Origin: Octopus vulgaris
Lineage: Eukaryota
Assembly: GCA_951406725.2 (NCBI GenBank)
Contig: OX597817.1
Location: 21,390,001 to 21,454,000 of the forward strand
Length of the DNA: 64,000 bases
Direction: 5' to 3'
The stretch's first letter is position 1. Every line of letters begins with the position of its first letter. The position numbers were made by a program, and so were the translations under genes. Positions 10,316-23,592 of the stretch are shown here, one piece after another. Below the pieces are notes generated by a model that ran no database searches, was not told the origin of the DNA, and worked only from the letters and a program-made list of their open reading frames with translations.

Positions 10316-11666
10316 TAAGGTGTGTTGCAATGAAGAATTCGCGATTTTTGAAATAATATCGAGGTGTAGAGTTTTATAGCATCAAAGCAAAACAGAACAC
10401 CCAAAAGATAAGTCTAATCTCAATGTTTTGCTTTCATTGCACTTCAGGTTATTTACAGCTGGTTACAATAAAATCCAATTGAAGTTTCGGAGAAACACTG
10501 TACGTCGTAGATTACAAATTCCTTATTCTTTAGCCCTAGGTTAGGTTCCATAATGGATGAATAGTTACGACTTACTCTTTTGTGCACTTTCTTAGCTTGG
10601 TAGGGAATAATTTGGGACAAAGCTTGCTATTGTTTCTAGCAGCTGAAAGTTTAATCTGTTGTTTCGCCTCGAAATGTACAACTGTGATTAACTGTTCCAG
10701 CTTAATTTTTCTATAATGAGAATAACTCTGCCTTCCTGTACATTTATGTCAGACGGCAAATTGAGAGGGATGTATAGCTTATTTCTAATTGGTGTTGCAA
10801 ACACACCCTACGTTCTGTATTATGTCACTCAACCTATAGAGAAACATACGTATCCGTTGTACCAGAAAAATGTTCATTTGTAAAAGTAGATGTTTCAATA
10901 AAGATTTTATGTGTGACGTTTATATTTGAGAATGGCATAAACGTCACAAATTCTCGTTATCACAATGAATACTCGTTTGCCTTACGTTGAGAAATGTATA
11001 TTGGAAAAAAGCGGTCAATTAGTTGTTAAAAATCAATTAACTGGTTCGTTGCATTTCAGCATTTCGGTTCCTATAATAAATTTTCTTTTGATTTCTGTAC
11101 ATCAAGCTATCATATGATAGAACAATTTTAGGAAGACAACACATATATATTTATATATGTGAGAGATTGGGGAATTTTATGTGTATGTGCCTATGAGTCA
11201 GCATACGAAATGGAATACATAAAGATAAATATGTGTGCGCACGCGCGTACGTTTATATATATCACGTTAATGTTCTCTCTGTTACACACGCGCGCAAGCA
11301 CACACACACATATTTTATACATAAGATATATTTGTATGTTCGCAAGTATACGTATGTATACACACACAGAATTTAATTGTAATGTAATTTATGAAGTTGT
11401 TTTTACTTTCAGTAATTGATATCTTATCTGGTTTTCAGACCTACTATTTATTTCTTTTCTTTATTTCTTTCTTCACTATTCTTTTTCGTTCCCATAACGA
11501 TTCCAAATTTACAACAATATTTTTCGTAGAAGATGGAGAAAACGATATTTTCTATAGAATTTTTTCTTACTAAAATTGTCTTAGCAAGAATTGAGAGTCA
11601 AAAGCAATATTGAAATAAATGAAGCTGAGTTCGGCAAAGGTAAAGGCTCTTTTTCCGTGCGTTTAG

Positions 11667-11698
<32 letters not shown>

Positions 11699-11700
<2 letters not shown>

Positions 11701-11752
11701 AACAGTGACGATGAGTTATCAACAGAGCATAGTTCGATAAATAGTCTGTATC
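11699..11752 (+). ncRNA. Degenerate minimal hammerhead motif abutting (TA)n
   Basis: GGAACA / GTGACGA+T / stem II GAGTTAT..ATAGTTC / GATA / AATAG / TC / TGTATC. Order and GUC triplet are correct, but there are two core substitutions. Confidence 0.35.
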
Positions 11753-11965
11753 GAGGGTTAACATGGCTGCAATTGGCGCTCCATGTTGAGAGAAATCTCG
11801 GCATTTATCAAGCATGCCATATGAGAAGTTGACGCATATCTCCAAGTTGGATGTAAGCACATACACATATAGACCTATATTCGCACGTACGTAGATAGAT
11901 AGCTATATAAATAGAGAAACAGACAGATAGATAGATAGAAAGAGAGATGATTGTGATTGTGTATA

Positions 11966-12009
<44 letters not shown>

Positions 12010-12138
12010 GTGTATATATATAATAACATACATATGGGAATTTATAGGCTTTATTCATGCAATAGAACATTTGTTCTGCACCTTACACGATTATTAGGTA
12101 AACATTTCTATATTCGTGAGATAATTCTGAAGATTACT

Positions 12139-12219
<81 letters not shown>

Positions 12220-12224
<5 letters not shown>

Positions 12225-12407
12225 CGTTAGTCCCTACACGCAATTTTTTTCTCTCCTTGTTTCATTTCTGTGTATCTTTCTGTCGAAGAGCGTAGGCTCG
12301 AAACGTAAAAGACTTGTTTTATTTCTATTCCTGAGCGCCATACTAATACATTGTTTGTTTGTACTCCACCTGCCTTCGTCTTTTGTTTATTTTCGTAAAC
12401 CTTCCCG

Positions 12408-12408
<1 letters not shown>
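12220..12408 (+). mobile_element. Short non-coding cassette inserted in (TA)n, carrying a hammerhead-like motif (probable PLE terminal-repeat derivative)
   Basis: About 190 bp of complex sequence bounded on both sides by pure (TA)n, with a hammerhead-like motif at 12275-12312. Confidence 0.55.
12275..12312 (+). ncRNA. Minimal type-I hammerhead motif (A6 replaced by U)
   Basis: Stem I TCTTT/AAAGA; CTGTCGA plus extra A; stem II GAG/CTC with loop CGTAGG; GAAA; ACGT palindrome; GUA triplet. Same architecture as the motif at 6200. Confidence 0.55.
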
Positions 12409-12474
<66 letters not shown>

Positions 12475-12477
12475 TAC

Positions 12478-12616
12478 ACGACGGCCTCTTCTTTCAGTTT
12501 CTGTCTTCCAAATATACTCAAAAGACTTCGGTCGGCCCGAGGCTATAGTAGAAGACATACGCCCAGTACGATGTGGTTGGGAAGCAAACCTCATACCACA
12601 CATTCTCTTCTGCGCC
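12478..12616 (-). mobile_element. SINE family A, 5' half only, diverged, with internal deletion
   Basis: Matches the family-A head from GGCGCAG through GGAAGACAGAAACTGAAAGAAG and ends at the position of the internal microsatellite. Confidence 0.85.
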
Positions 12617-13963
12617 TATGATTGAGATTTTGAAACTAGATTCTGTAAGTATGTGGGGGCTGATCTGAAGTTAAGGAAACAAACTTTCAGCAATTATGAG
12701 CAATTTTAGAATGGCACTAGAATATAGCAATGGATACAAATTATTGAATAAGGAGAAATGAGATGATTTTTACACTTAGTAAGATATTAAACGTAACATA
12801 AATGGGTTTCTTCCGAGATGTATTTTCTTAAAGTGAAATATTTATGCAAACGGCTTGTATATATTAACGGTTAATTAAATACAGTTTCGTATAGTGTTAA
12901 CCTTTTTTCCTATAGATAAACAAGAAACAGTTACAAAATACATTGTATCAATCACTGGCTCTGCAATCTATCACCTTGATCGATCCCTTTTGCTAAATGT
13001 CTCCAACAAATAAAATTATGAAAAGAAATTAAAAGGAGTTTCTGTTTTGCATTGTTCGCATTGTTTGTATTGTTCGTTATACTATATATCAAGACACGTG
13101 ATACCTAATCGATTATACCATTAATCACAATATATCGCTGGGCCGTATTATTGATCACAAAATATTACGGATACCTAAAACATGCTGACATCAGGGAATC
13201 AAATGAATGACAACCAATTCAATATCGGACCATCTTCCAAAATTATGTAGATCTATATTTTAGTTTTTCCACTATTCCTATTCCTTATCGACCTAGGTAG
13301 TATTGGTGTGATTATATTTTCGAACATATTGATCTCTCTATATTACATTATTTTATGTTATCGACCTCTGGTGTTACCGACAATGATGTAGACAATTGTT
13401 GCATCGATAGCAAGGTGAGAACAATTAATTATCGAATATTGAATTAATAGTTTGTTTCTTTTTTTTCTGAAATGAGTATAACCCTATGAGAACTAGTATT
13501 AGATTCTTCAAACTTGCCAAAAAATATATTAGCGTAGAAATAAGGTAAATGATATTAAATCGACTGTAGCGTGTTACGACATCTTTTATAGATCTCGGGG
13601 GAAATGTCATACAATAACCGTTGGGTTTGCAAACAAGATGTAGAATAAAACATAAATATTACAAAACTAAATGTTACAAGACCAGCACTGTTAGTAGCAG
13701 TAATATTATTGATTACTTACACATAATACGCAAAGTGGTTAATGTCAAGAGCCGTTTTAAGATTGCTTATCAAATATACGGTATAGAACGATTAGCTGCA
13801 GCTAATATCTATACTGTTTCTACGGTGTTTGCCTTGTCGTAAACCTACGACCAGAAAAAGAGGAGGTATGGTACCCTAAGGCATTAAATAACGATTACCT
13901 CACCCACCTCATACATATGTATATGAGATGGACGGATTATATATATATATATATGCAAATATT

Positions 13964-14002
<39 letters not shown>

Positions 14003-15081
14003 ATATATATATATAACTTATAAATAAGGGCAAATGAAAAAAATTCTAATGCCAAATATGCCGAAAATTGGACATATTGTCCATTTACCATATAATTTTT
14101 TTCTTAGTACGCACGCTACTCGAAAAAGGGTCGACGGCAATCTCTAAAAAATTCCATTATTTAAAAATTCCAATGCATATCATACAATTTAAATCAACCA
14201 GTCAATAGTAACACAAGATATATTAAATATACAGTGGAAGAAGTACCCTTAAAGTTATGAAACCTGAAAATAGATACACACACACATACAAATACAAACA
14301 TATAGAAATATAAATACACACACCCACACACACATCCACACACACATACAAAACACTCACTCACACGCGCTCTGACACATAGATATACATATATACTTAG
14401 GCAAATCAAAACACTGAACGAATTCTACTAAAACTTTTAAGTGAAATAAATTTATCCCTGATTAGAGATTTGAGAAGAAAATATAAACGGGCTTTTAATT
14501 ATCAGTGATTCTGAAATAAAAGGGAAGATTATAAGTTCTGAGAAACTATTTTCATTGAAATGGTGTGCGTATTCTCACAAACCAGAATATATTACTAATT
14601 ATGAAAATTCATAAATATCTGTGACAATTAATTCTTATTTCCCTGAAAATAATTATTCTACTGTAATTTGAGAGTTTGGAATAACATTCTGTTGGCATTT
14701 CATTTCACCAGTTACTTGACATAGTTCGGCTTATGTATAATTCCTTGTGTCCGTAATTCTATAAAACTGCCTCTAAATCTATTTTCACTAATCGAGCAGG
14801 TATGAGAAGACTAATCATCACTGATAATCACTACTAATACTGAAACGTATTGGCAGTGATCATTTACCTTCAACCAAAGTCAGATAATCCCCCTAAGTAT
14901 GATAATACAAATTTCTTAATTTCTACAAATAACCACAAGGCTTGTAACTTTGTATACGTTATTCAGTTTGACGCAAACGCCAAGAAACAAGTTATGCTAG
15001 CAGCTCGATACTTTATCTCTCAGTTTTCTTCGATTCTGTAACTCTCGTGTACGTATGCATACACACACACATACCTTCAAC

Positions 15082-15131
15082 AATGGCTGTGCTCCAGCAT
15101 AGCCGCAGTCAAGAGACTAAAATGTGTAAAA
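15082..15131 (+). mobile_element. SINE family A 3' tail fragment
   Basis: GGCTGTGCTCCAGCATAGCCGCAGTCAAGAGACTAAAATGTGTAAAAG resembles the family-A tail GGCGGTGCTCCAGCATGGCCGCAGTCAAATGACTGAAACAAGTAAAAG. Confidence 0.65.
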
Positions 15132-15178
15132 GTGTTTATATATATATATATATATATGTATGTATATACACACACATG

Positions 15179-15227
<49 letters not shown>

Positions 15228-15352
15228 TTTTTTTTATATATTCAAGTGGAAAAAATTTACAGATTTTTTCTCTTATGAATTTTTCACGCTAACTACTTGA
15301 TAATTTCTTATGAAGATTTTATCCTATTTTTAAATTATATATATATATATAT

Positions 15353-15394
<42 letters not shown>

Positions 15395-17570
15395 GTGTGC
15401 GTGTGTTTATTACTATATGCGCATATGTGCGTGTGCGCTCGCATGAGTAGCCTATCTGTTAGTGCTTGGGTTTCCACTCATAGCGTTATAGTTTTCTATA
15501 TTTAGACTCGATGGTGTTTAGTGTTTAGGAACAAATCGCTTCATTTTACGCTGCTTCAATCTGCTTAGATGAAAAATAAACATGAAACTCATGCTTGCGT
15601 TGCCTTTTTCACTGCATTTGTCCCATAGCCTATGATCGTCTGTGGAAAGGATGTGAGTGTCGAGAATGTGTTTATACATGCTCGCAACTACAGACATGCT
15701 CACGCACGCGTGTTCGCACACGCAGACACACACACATGTATTTATATTTGTATGTGTATACAAAAGCTAATATTTTATTTTCATTGCCAGTCGAAAAAAG
15801 AAAAAACTAACAAAATCTTAAACAATGCCGTAAGAAAAAAAAAAAAATTTCTAAAGCTATCGATGACTATTGATTTCAGTTTTAATTTATCTATTCACTC
15901 AACTTGTTTGCTTGAAAGTGGATTGTAATTTGATTCCATGCAACACCAACACCAACGTCAACGTCATCTTTGTAAGCAACCGGCCAGAAGCACTACTTGT
16001 AACAGTGTTATATATTACAGTTATTTTCCTTGTAGCATATGTTACAGCACAATTTTTGTGCTATTTTATTTCTCTGTGCTTATTTTGCATTTTTTTCCCA
16101 AAACGTTATTGATTTTTTTTTTGCTCGTCATCTTGTTGATATGCTAATGTCTGTCTTTTTATGCATTATTTTTACATCGGTTAGTGGGATTACCGCTCGT
16201 TTTCTTAGTTTGTTATTTTTACTTTTATAATTGTAATCCTTCCTTCATGCTGCTTGTCTTAATATACTTATTTGCTTTAAGTATCCATTCTCTATTTGTT
16301 AGTGCCTTAATGTACTCTCTTGCAATATTTTCAGCACTCACTTCATCCTCATGTAATTTTTTATTTGATTTATAGTTCCTGTACTTTGTTAGTATTCTAT
16401 TGACATGTTATCTTCACAGTTGTTCTTGCTACATACACACACACCCACACACATACACAACTCACACACATATGAATCGCTTTTTATGCATGCTTTAATC
16501 TGTGCTTTTTATTCTACATTCCCCTAATTTCTATTCTGTTCTTTTCATTCAACATTACATTAGTTATTCGTACATATGTAGTGGAATGATAGGCTCTAAT
16601 GTAATGAGTGAATTTCAGAGACACTTCTTCCTAGTGAAATGCAATTTAAATCTTGAAGGCAAAATCAAAAGCCAAAGGAATGCTCTTCGTGACTTTGGAA
16701 GAAAATGTGAGAAGCTTTCGGGAGATTAACATATAATTTCTCCAAAATTTTAACATTGATAATTATAGACATTGTCCTTAAGTTTACTAGTTTATAGTCT
16801 CGTCCCCATCAATAAATAAAAAAACATAATTGGCTCTAATATTCTGTGTGATTAATTTTCCCCTCTTCCTTGTGATAACGAAAGTGTTGCCTACATTTTT
16901 TATGTATGCTAGCAGGCAAGGTATAGATATATTTCAGTGATTTAAGACCACATAAGTAAGGCTTAATCTTTTTCAAGACCGTTGGGTCAATGAATGCAGC
17001 TTTGTATTTTTTCTTATACCCAAAAGAATAGTGTTGCTCTTTCGGTTAGGAATAAGTGGTACCACGACAAAAAATGAAAAAAATAATTTAATTAGGGTAC
17101 AATGAACACGAAGACGAACGAAGTATTCCTTCATACATAAGAGTGGAAAAACATTCCCCAACGACAACGGTTAAATATACTGAATGATTATAAGAAAATG
17201 AAATGAATTAATTTGTATTACGTGTGTATGTGTGTGTGGGGGGGGCGGAAATTTTATCTTTGCTAAAAATTTAAGTTGAACAGTGTCTGCTTAGATTAAT
17301 GCTTAGATTAATGCAACCAGAGATTACTTTTCACGAGTGTGTTTAAATTTCGACCTAAAGCATAACACTTATATTTTGTCCGGAATTCTTCGTATTGAAA
17401 TACTCATTGAAATAATTATTTCACAATATTTTTAGAATTACTAAATATTTCTAAACGCTTTTGTCCTCCTTTCAATCAGCAAATTTACCTTTGCTCAGAA
17501 TATTTTGCAGGCAGCATTTAATAAATCACAACATACTACTATGGACAAATAAGTTATTTTCTCTGAGATT

Positions 17571-17896
17571 TCAGAGACTCCGCCGGTTACGACGACGAGG
17601 GTCCCAGCTGATACGATCAATGGAACAGCTTGCTCGTGAAATTAACGTGCAAATGGCTGAGCATTCCACAGACACGTGTACCCTTAACGTAGTTCTCGGG
17701 GATAATCAGCGTGACACAGAGAGTGACAAGGCTGACCCTTTGAAATACAAGTACAACTCATTTTTGCCAGCTGAGTGGACTGGAGCAACGTGAAATAAAG
17801 TGTCTTGCTCAAGGACACAACGCGTCGCCGGGAATTGAACTCACAACCTTACGATCATGAGCCGAATGCCCTAACCACTAAGCCACGCGCCCTCAC
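17571..17896 (-). mobile_element. tRNA-derived CORE-type SINE (family C head) with a different, longer tail; 12-bp TSD
   Basis: Head and CORE closely match 10058-10204, then an unrelated tail ..CCCTCGTCGTCGTAACCGGCGGAGTC. TSD TTCTCTGAGATT at 17559-17570 and 17897-17908. Confidence 0.9.
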
Positions 17897-19544
17897 TTCT
17901 CTGAGATTATGCATATTAGCACTGACGAAAACTTTGACACGTATACTGGTAAAAGAATATGTACCCCAGTACTGATTGGTTGAGAATAATAGGTGTGGCC
18001 GACCTGGTCAAGCAGATATAGTTGTGGGTTTGGCAAGTAATAAATATATACAGGATTTGTTAATATTTATTTTTTAGTATACTGAAAATTTCGCTGTGTA
18101 CAACGTTTAGTACACTCTATTTGAAGTGTCAAAATTCTTGGCATTGACCTATGTTAGTTAAATATATTGGTTGAATTTCATAAATATTTATGTGTATCGG
18201 TATTATATGTGCAATATGTGTCAGTGAACGTACGCATGAATCTATATGTATAAATAATAGGTTTTAATTTCATACAACCAGCTGGATATATCTTGTAGGA
18301 AGACCAAACATCAGCAAAAACAGTGAAATATTGAAAAGTATACTTGAATATATCGTGTTGTATGTAAATGGCACGTGATGTGTGCTTCTCTGTGATTTCC
18401 GAAAGGGCTAAGATTTAATATTGTGTCAGGAATATAAGACTGAAATTTTACCTTTCAGCAATGGGTCACATTAATTTGGACCAAGCAAAAGTAGTCTGAG
18501 GAACAAATAAATACCTTGCACGTCTTTTGCACAACAAAATTACTAAAGTAGGAAAACATGTCTTAATAGCAAGAAAAAAAAAAAGAGTTTCCATTAACAG
18601 GGAATCACTACTTATTGAACCGTTTCTTTAGTGACTTGTTTCTCGGATGATTCTTCATTTCTTTTCCTAAATGATTGCAATATGTTTTTCTTCAATTGCT
18701 ATTAACGATTGTATTAATGAAACTTGAGAAAATGCAGAATAACAGGTTTTTACATCTTACTTTGTCATTTAACAAAAAGTATAGGCGCTTCTTCAGGTGC
18801 ATGTGCGTGCGACAGTCACCTTTTGTGTTTGTTTGTTTGGTTATTTTCTTCCTAGTGTGTTTCTTTTGATGTATCTGAATGCTCCGATGTGCACTAGATT
18901 GTGAATATCATCACTGCGAAAAAAAATTAAAAAGTACTGATAAAGACGTCATCGGTGCGAAATTTTTTCCCTATTGGCAGCAGGCAACCATTTTCCATTT
19001 ATAAAATAGGTTAAGAAATTACTTACATCACTTCGCTAATTGTGAAAGTTACCAGTTTAATAAACATGATTGTTTGATTTTATTCTTTAATTCTTATCTT
19101 GTGTTCTCGATATTAATCAGGAATCTATTGAGAAACATGTTTCAGGAATAATGAGTATATGACTTAGATATACAATGTCATTAATAGCTTGTCGAGATTC
19201 TTTCAATATATAAGTAAACAGTATACATTGCCTCAAACGACCCAGTTATAATGGTATTTAGTATCTACTGTATAGAAAAAAAAACTAACCCTGACACAGT
19301 CTAGTATGTTGCTAGGTTTGATCATTATGTATTTGATAATGTTAAAAAATTACAATATGATAGTTGGTAAAGTGTGTAGTCACATATTTAAGAGAGAGAT
19401 TCATAAATCAAAGTTGTGTGATACATTCAACACTCTTTTTCCCGTATGACTCTGACAGCTAAGTTATGTGTGGCACATATTAATAAAAAAAAAAGTGTAC
19501 GAAGACATACGTTTTGTAATATTTGTTTAGCTAAACGAATAACA

Positions 19545-19973
19545 TTTACTCTTTTACTCTTTTACTCTTTTACTTGTTTCAGTCATTTGACTGCGGCCAT
19601 GCTGGAGCACCGCCTTTAATCGAGCAACTCGACCCCGGGACTTATTCTTTGTAGGCCCAGTACTTATTCTATCGGTTTCTTTTGCCGAACCGCTAAGTGA
19701 CGGCGACGTAAACACACTAGCATCGGTTGTCAAGCAATGCCAGGGGGACAAACACAGACACACAAACATACACGCACATATATATATATATATACATATA
19801 TACATATATACGACGGGCTTCTTTCAGTTTCCGTCTACCAAATCCACTCACAAGGCTTTGGTCGGCCCGAGGCTATAGTAGAAGACACTTGCCCAAGGTG
19901 CCACGCAGTAGGACTGAACCCGGAACCATGTGGTTGGTAAACAAGCTACTTACCATACAGCTACTCCTGCGCC
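19545..19973 (-). mobile_element. SINE family A, full length
   Basis: Near-identical to 1666-2085, with an (AGTAAAAG)n tail. Confidence 0.93.
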
Positions 19974-20520
19974 AATTAGATCAATTAATTAAAGAAAACA
20001 AGTGAATTCACGACTTAAAGGAGAGATATATTTTTGTCACGTTGGTAAAACTAGTTTCACTAAAACACATGAGTATTATGTTTGATAGTTTCAGTAATTA
20101 TTAAGGACAGAGTGGAGAGAATTGGCTCGGAACGATCTAGCAGCGGATAAAATTGTGGTATTTAAATACGTTCATTTATTTTTTGTTCAAATATAGTCAG
20201 TGTTGACTTCGCCTTTCACTCATCCGATATCTAAAATATAAAAATCAGCGCTTTCATGCAGTCAATTTCATCGATTGTATCTTCCCCATAATTTGAGGCT
20301 CGGTGCCAATATGAAAAACCAATAATTTTAAAGCAAGGTATTGACATGACAGAAACCATAGAATTCTAGGCTAAATACTTTAATTTTGAAATTGAAATGT
20401 TGTGGTACTTTATTCGTCTGAGTTTAAGTGCACTACACTCCTAACCGGGATTTCAAAATTGTCCATGAAGCGTATCGATATTATTTCGCTCAATAAATGT
20501 GGAAAGTATTTTACAAATCG

Positions 20521-20557
<37 letters not shown>

Positions 20558-20559
<2 letters not shown>

Positions 20560-20856
20560 ACGTGATCACCGTAACCGACTAGGCTATCAGATGTTGCTAC
20601 ACATCACTGGTCACAATGCGCTTCGCATTGTTTTAGTCTTCAAATGACGCCACCCGGCTGGCTAAGCGAGCAGGCCAACAGAAGAAAGAGTGAGAGAAAG
20701 TTGTGGCGAAAGAGTACAGCAGGGATCGCCACCACCCACCTGCCCGAGCCTCGTGGAGCTTTTAGGTGTTTTCGCTCAATAAACACTCACAACGCCCGGT
20801 CTGAGAATCGAAACCGCGAGTCCGCTGCCCTAACCATTGGGCCATTGCGCCTCCAC
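20558..20856 (-). mobile_element. tRNA-derived SINE, family B
   Basis: Minus strand GGAGGCGCAATGGCCCAATGGTTAGGGCAGCGG..GGTTTCGATTCTC; tail hairpin CAATGCG-AAG-CGCATTG; second copy at 22982; lies between (TA)n and (CA)n tracts. Confidence 0.88.
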
Positions 20857-20866
20857 ACACACATAC

Positions 20867-20933
<67 letters not shown>

Positions 20934-21054
20934 TATCCTGATAAGTACAAGCCACAAGTATTTTGATACTTACCAAAAGAATTATGCATACATATGTGTA
21001 CGCATAAAGACGCGCACACACACTGACACACATAAACACATACATTGACATATA

Positions 21055-21880
21055 GACTTCTTCTCTTTTGTCCAATCCTTTCATCCTGCCCTAGAATTCT
21101 CTCGAACTATTTCTAACACTTCTGTCGAATTTCTCGATATTTTTGTCAGTATACACCACTCCGCTCTCACTAGCTCCATCCACTACAATCACACCGACTC
21201 ACACTCCCGTCTTAACTTCTCCTCTTCTCCCCTTAGCCGCACAAAACTCTCCTTGCCCTGCCCCAATTTCCTCCGTCTGCACAGGCTCTGCAGTGACAAC
21301 CATGACTTTGAAACTCAGTCCAAACTTATCTCGCCACTTCATCTTTCGCAGATATCCCACACCACTATCCACACAGTTCTTTCCACGACAGGTTTCGTGG
21401 ACCGCATCTTTCCTCTTTTCTCCCCGCCCTGACCCACATTTGCCCATCACCCGTTTCTCCTCACCTACCATCCTTCCACCCTGACCCCGCCAAAACAACA
21501 TCTGTCTGTGTTCAGACTCTCTTTGCATAGGATCCATCCGGTCTCCCGCATTCCCCTTGAACATAAATTAATCTTCTGTCTTCGCTCTTTTGGGCCACAT
21601 GAGCTCAAACTCACCTCTGCTCTTCATCTGACTCTCCTCCTCTCTTCATCTGACTCATACACTCTTACCTACTTCCTCTCTTCATTGATATCATCCCAAC
21701 CATACCTCCACTTCTATATCTTCCTACAGTAGTTGCTACCAGAGAATTTGTCTAGCCCACTTGGTGAAGGCACACACTCTTTTGTTTTTCCTCACAGGAC
21801 ACCAGTCGTCTCTCACAAGTCACCATATCGACAGTTAAATGTTCCATAACTGTAAGATCATAAGAAGTAACTTTTAATCC
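21055..21880 (+). pseudogene. Penelope-like element remnant (Neptune-type RT C-terminus and GIY-YIG C-terminus, internally deleted)
   Basis: Frame from 21055 reads DFFSFVQSFHPALEFSRTISNTSVEFLDIFVSIHHSALTSSIHYNHTDSHSRLNFSSSPLSRTKLSLPCPNFLRLHRLCSDNHDFETQS, matching the PLE RT motifs FLD, Y(K)PTD and QFLRLRRLCS. From ~21497 it reads HLSVFRLSLH..RIPLEHKLIFCLRSFGPHEL. A pyrimidine-rich 3' region follows; the right boundary is approximate. Confidence 0.85.
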
Positions 21881-22182
21881 TTTAACTCGGTTACTAGGTC
21901 ATTTATTTTAACACTTAAATTTTGACCGCTGCAATTTAGAAGATTGTTTGTTTATTTCCTCATAACTTACGAAACATTTATCCCATTCACTTGAGATTTT
22001 CACTAAAGATAGATATTAGATATATCTAAACGTGTAAAATATCTAATATCAGCGCCTTGTTTATATTCTGTAATTCTATAAGGACCATTTCAATACGCTT
22101 GTTCTTACTGAACCTTGTATTATGGCGGCTATTGTATATATATATATATATACACATACACGCGCGTGAATACACACGCACG

Positions 22183-22277
<95 letters not shown>

Positions 22278-22981
22278 GCGTATGCGTATGCGTGTACATA
22301 TGTGTACCTATATTCAGAGAGAAATGGATAGTTAGATAAGGGTATATGTGTGCGCACGTGTATGTGTGCACGCGTGTGTGTATGTGTGTGCGCGTATGTG
22401 TATGTGTTTGTATGTGTGTTGTTAGAATTTAGCACAGAACCTTGTTAATGACTATTTCAAGCAGAAATATATTTTGAAAAAAATTGTTCACTTCATTTAA
22501 AAATATTTCGAAATTTAAAATTAGATCCAATTACCATTTAAAAGAATTCATCTTTAATTAATTTCAAATAAAATATTCGTAGCATGTTGTGACAGTATTC
22601 AATTAGGTTCTGGTGCTTTTAAATATAGCTTTCAGTGATGGAGTTTTTGTTTTAACTCAGCGCATAACATTTTGGCAAAGTCGTGCCTGATCTGAAATAT
22701 CCCACGTAGTAATTCGCTAATTGACACTGCATTTGTTTGCATTTGTTTATTTTTCCTTTGGTTGTTTAGTAATACTCTTCCTTACATGATAATTATTTTG
22801 CTAATAAGGGAATAACATTTCGTGGTTATTTGTTTTAGCATGAACTAGACTATGTTCGTCATCATTTACGCAAATAAACAAATAAGTATTGATTATGTTT
22901 ACAGAATATGAAAGTATAAGTTACTAATCTACCTGAAATTGCTTACAATTTAAGGTGTTGACGTAAGATATACGTACATAC

Positions 22982-23257
22982 ATGATTCCCGTGATAACCG
23001 TGATTGACCTGGCTCTCAGATGTTGCTACACATCGCTGGTCACAATGCGCTTCGCATTGTTTTAGCCTTCATATGACGCCAACATATGAAAGATAGAATG
23101 AAGGTTGTCGCGAAAGAGTACAGCAGGGATCGCCACCACTCCCTGCCGGAGCCTCGTGGATCATTAGATGTTTTCGCTCCAAAACACTCACAACGTCCGG
23201 TCTGGGAATCGAAACCGCGAGTGCGCTGCCCTAACCACTGGGCCATTGCGACTCCAC
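22982..23257 (-). mobile_element. SINE family B, second copy with an internal deletion
   Basis: Aligns to 20558-20856 but lacks ~25 bp between GCC microhomologies. Confidence 0.88.
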
Positions 23258-23268
23258 ACATACATACA

Positions 23269-23376
<108 letters not shown>

Positions 23377-23547
23377 CATAAATTTATGCGGGGAGATGAC
23401 ATAAGCGACCCCTTTTTCAAACGCATGAAGGCACAAATTACGTAAACTAGTGTTTATCGTAGTTTCTCAGACATCGGATTTGCACACGAAAACTAGTAAT
23501 GCTGATAAGTATAATAGTTGCTTCATCAGTATACAAAAAGTTGAGTA

Positions 23548-23592
23548 CCCCAGCATGGCCGTACTCTAATGAGTGAAACAAGTAAAAGAAAA
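23548..23592 (+). mobile_element. SINE family A-like 3' tail fragment
   Basis: CCCAGCATGGCCGTACTCTAATGAGTGAAACAAGTAAAAGA resembles the family-A tail. Confidence 0.55.

Noticed and set aside
11947-12625. Long ORFs rich in YI/HT/CV/RE repeats here and throughout the window (e.g. 34118-34575, 37412-37972, 40264-40948, 61414-62309)
   Set aside because: They are translations of (TA)n, (CA)n, (GA)n and (AAT)n microsatellites that lack stop codons, not genes.
13190-13420. NDN and D.GS.G peptides suggesting a protocadherin fragment
   Set aside because: The motifs are isolated and separated by stops, without cadherin spacing.
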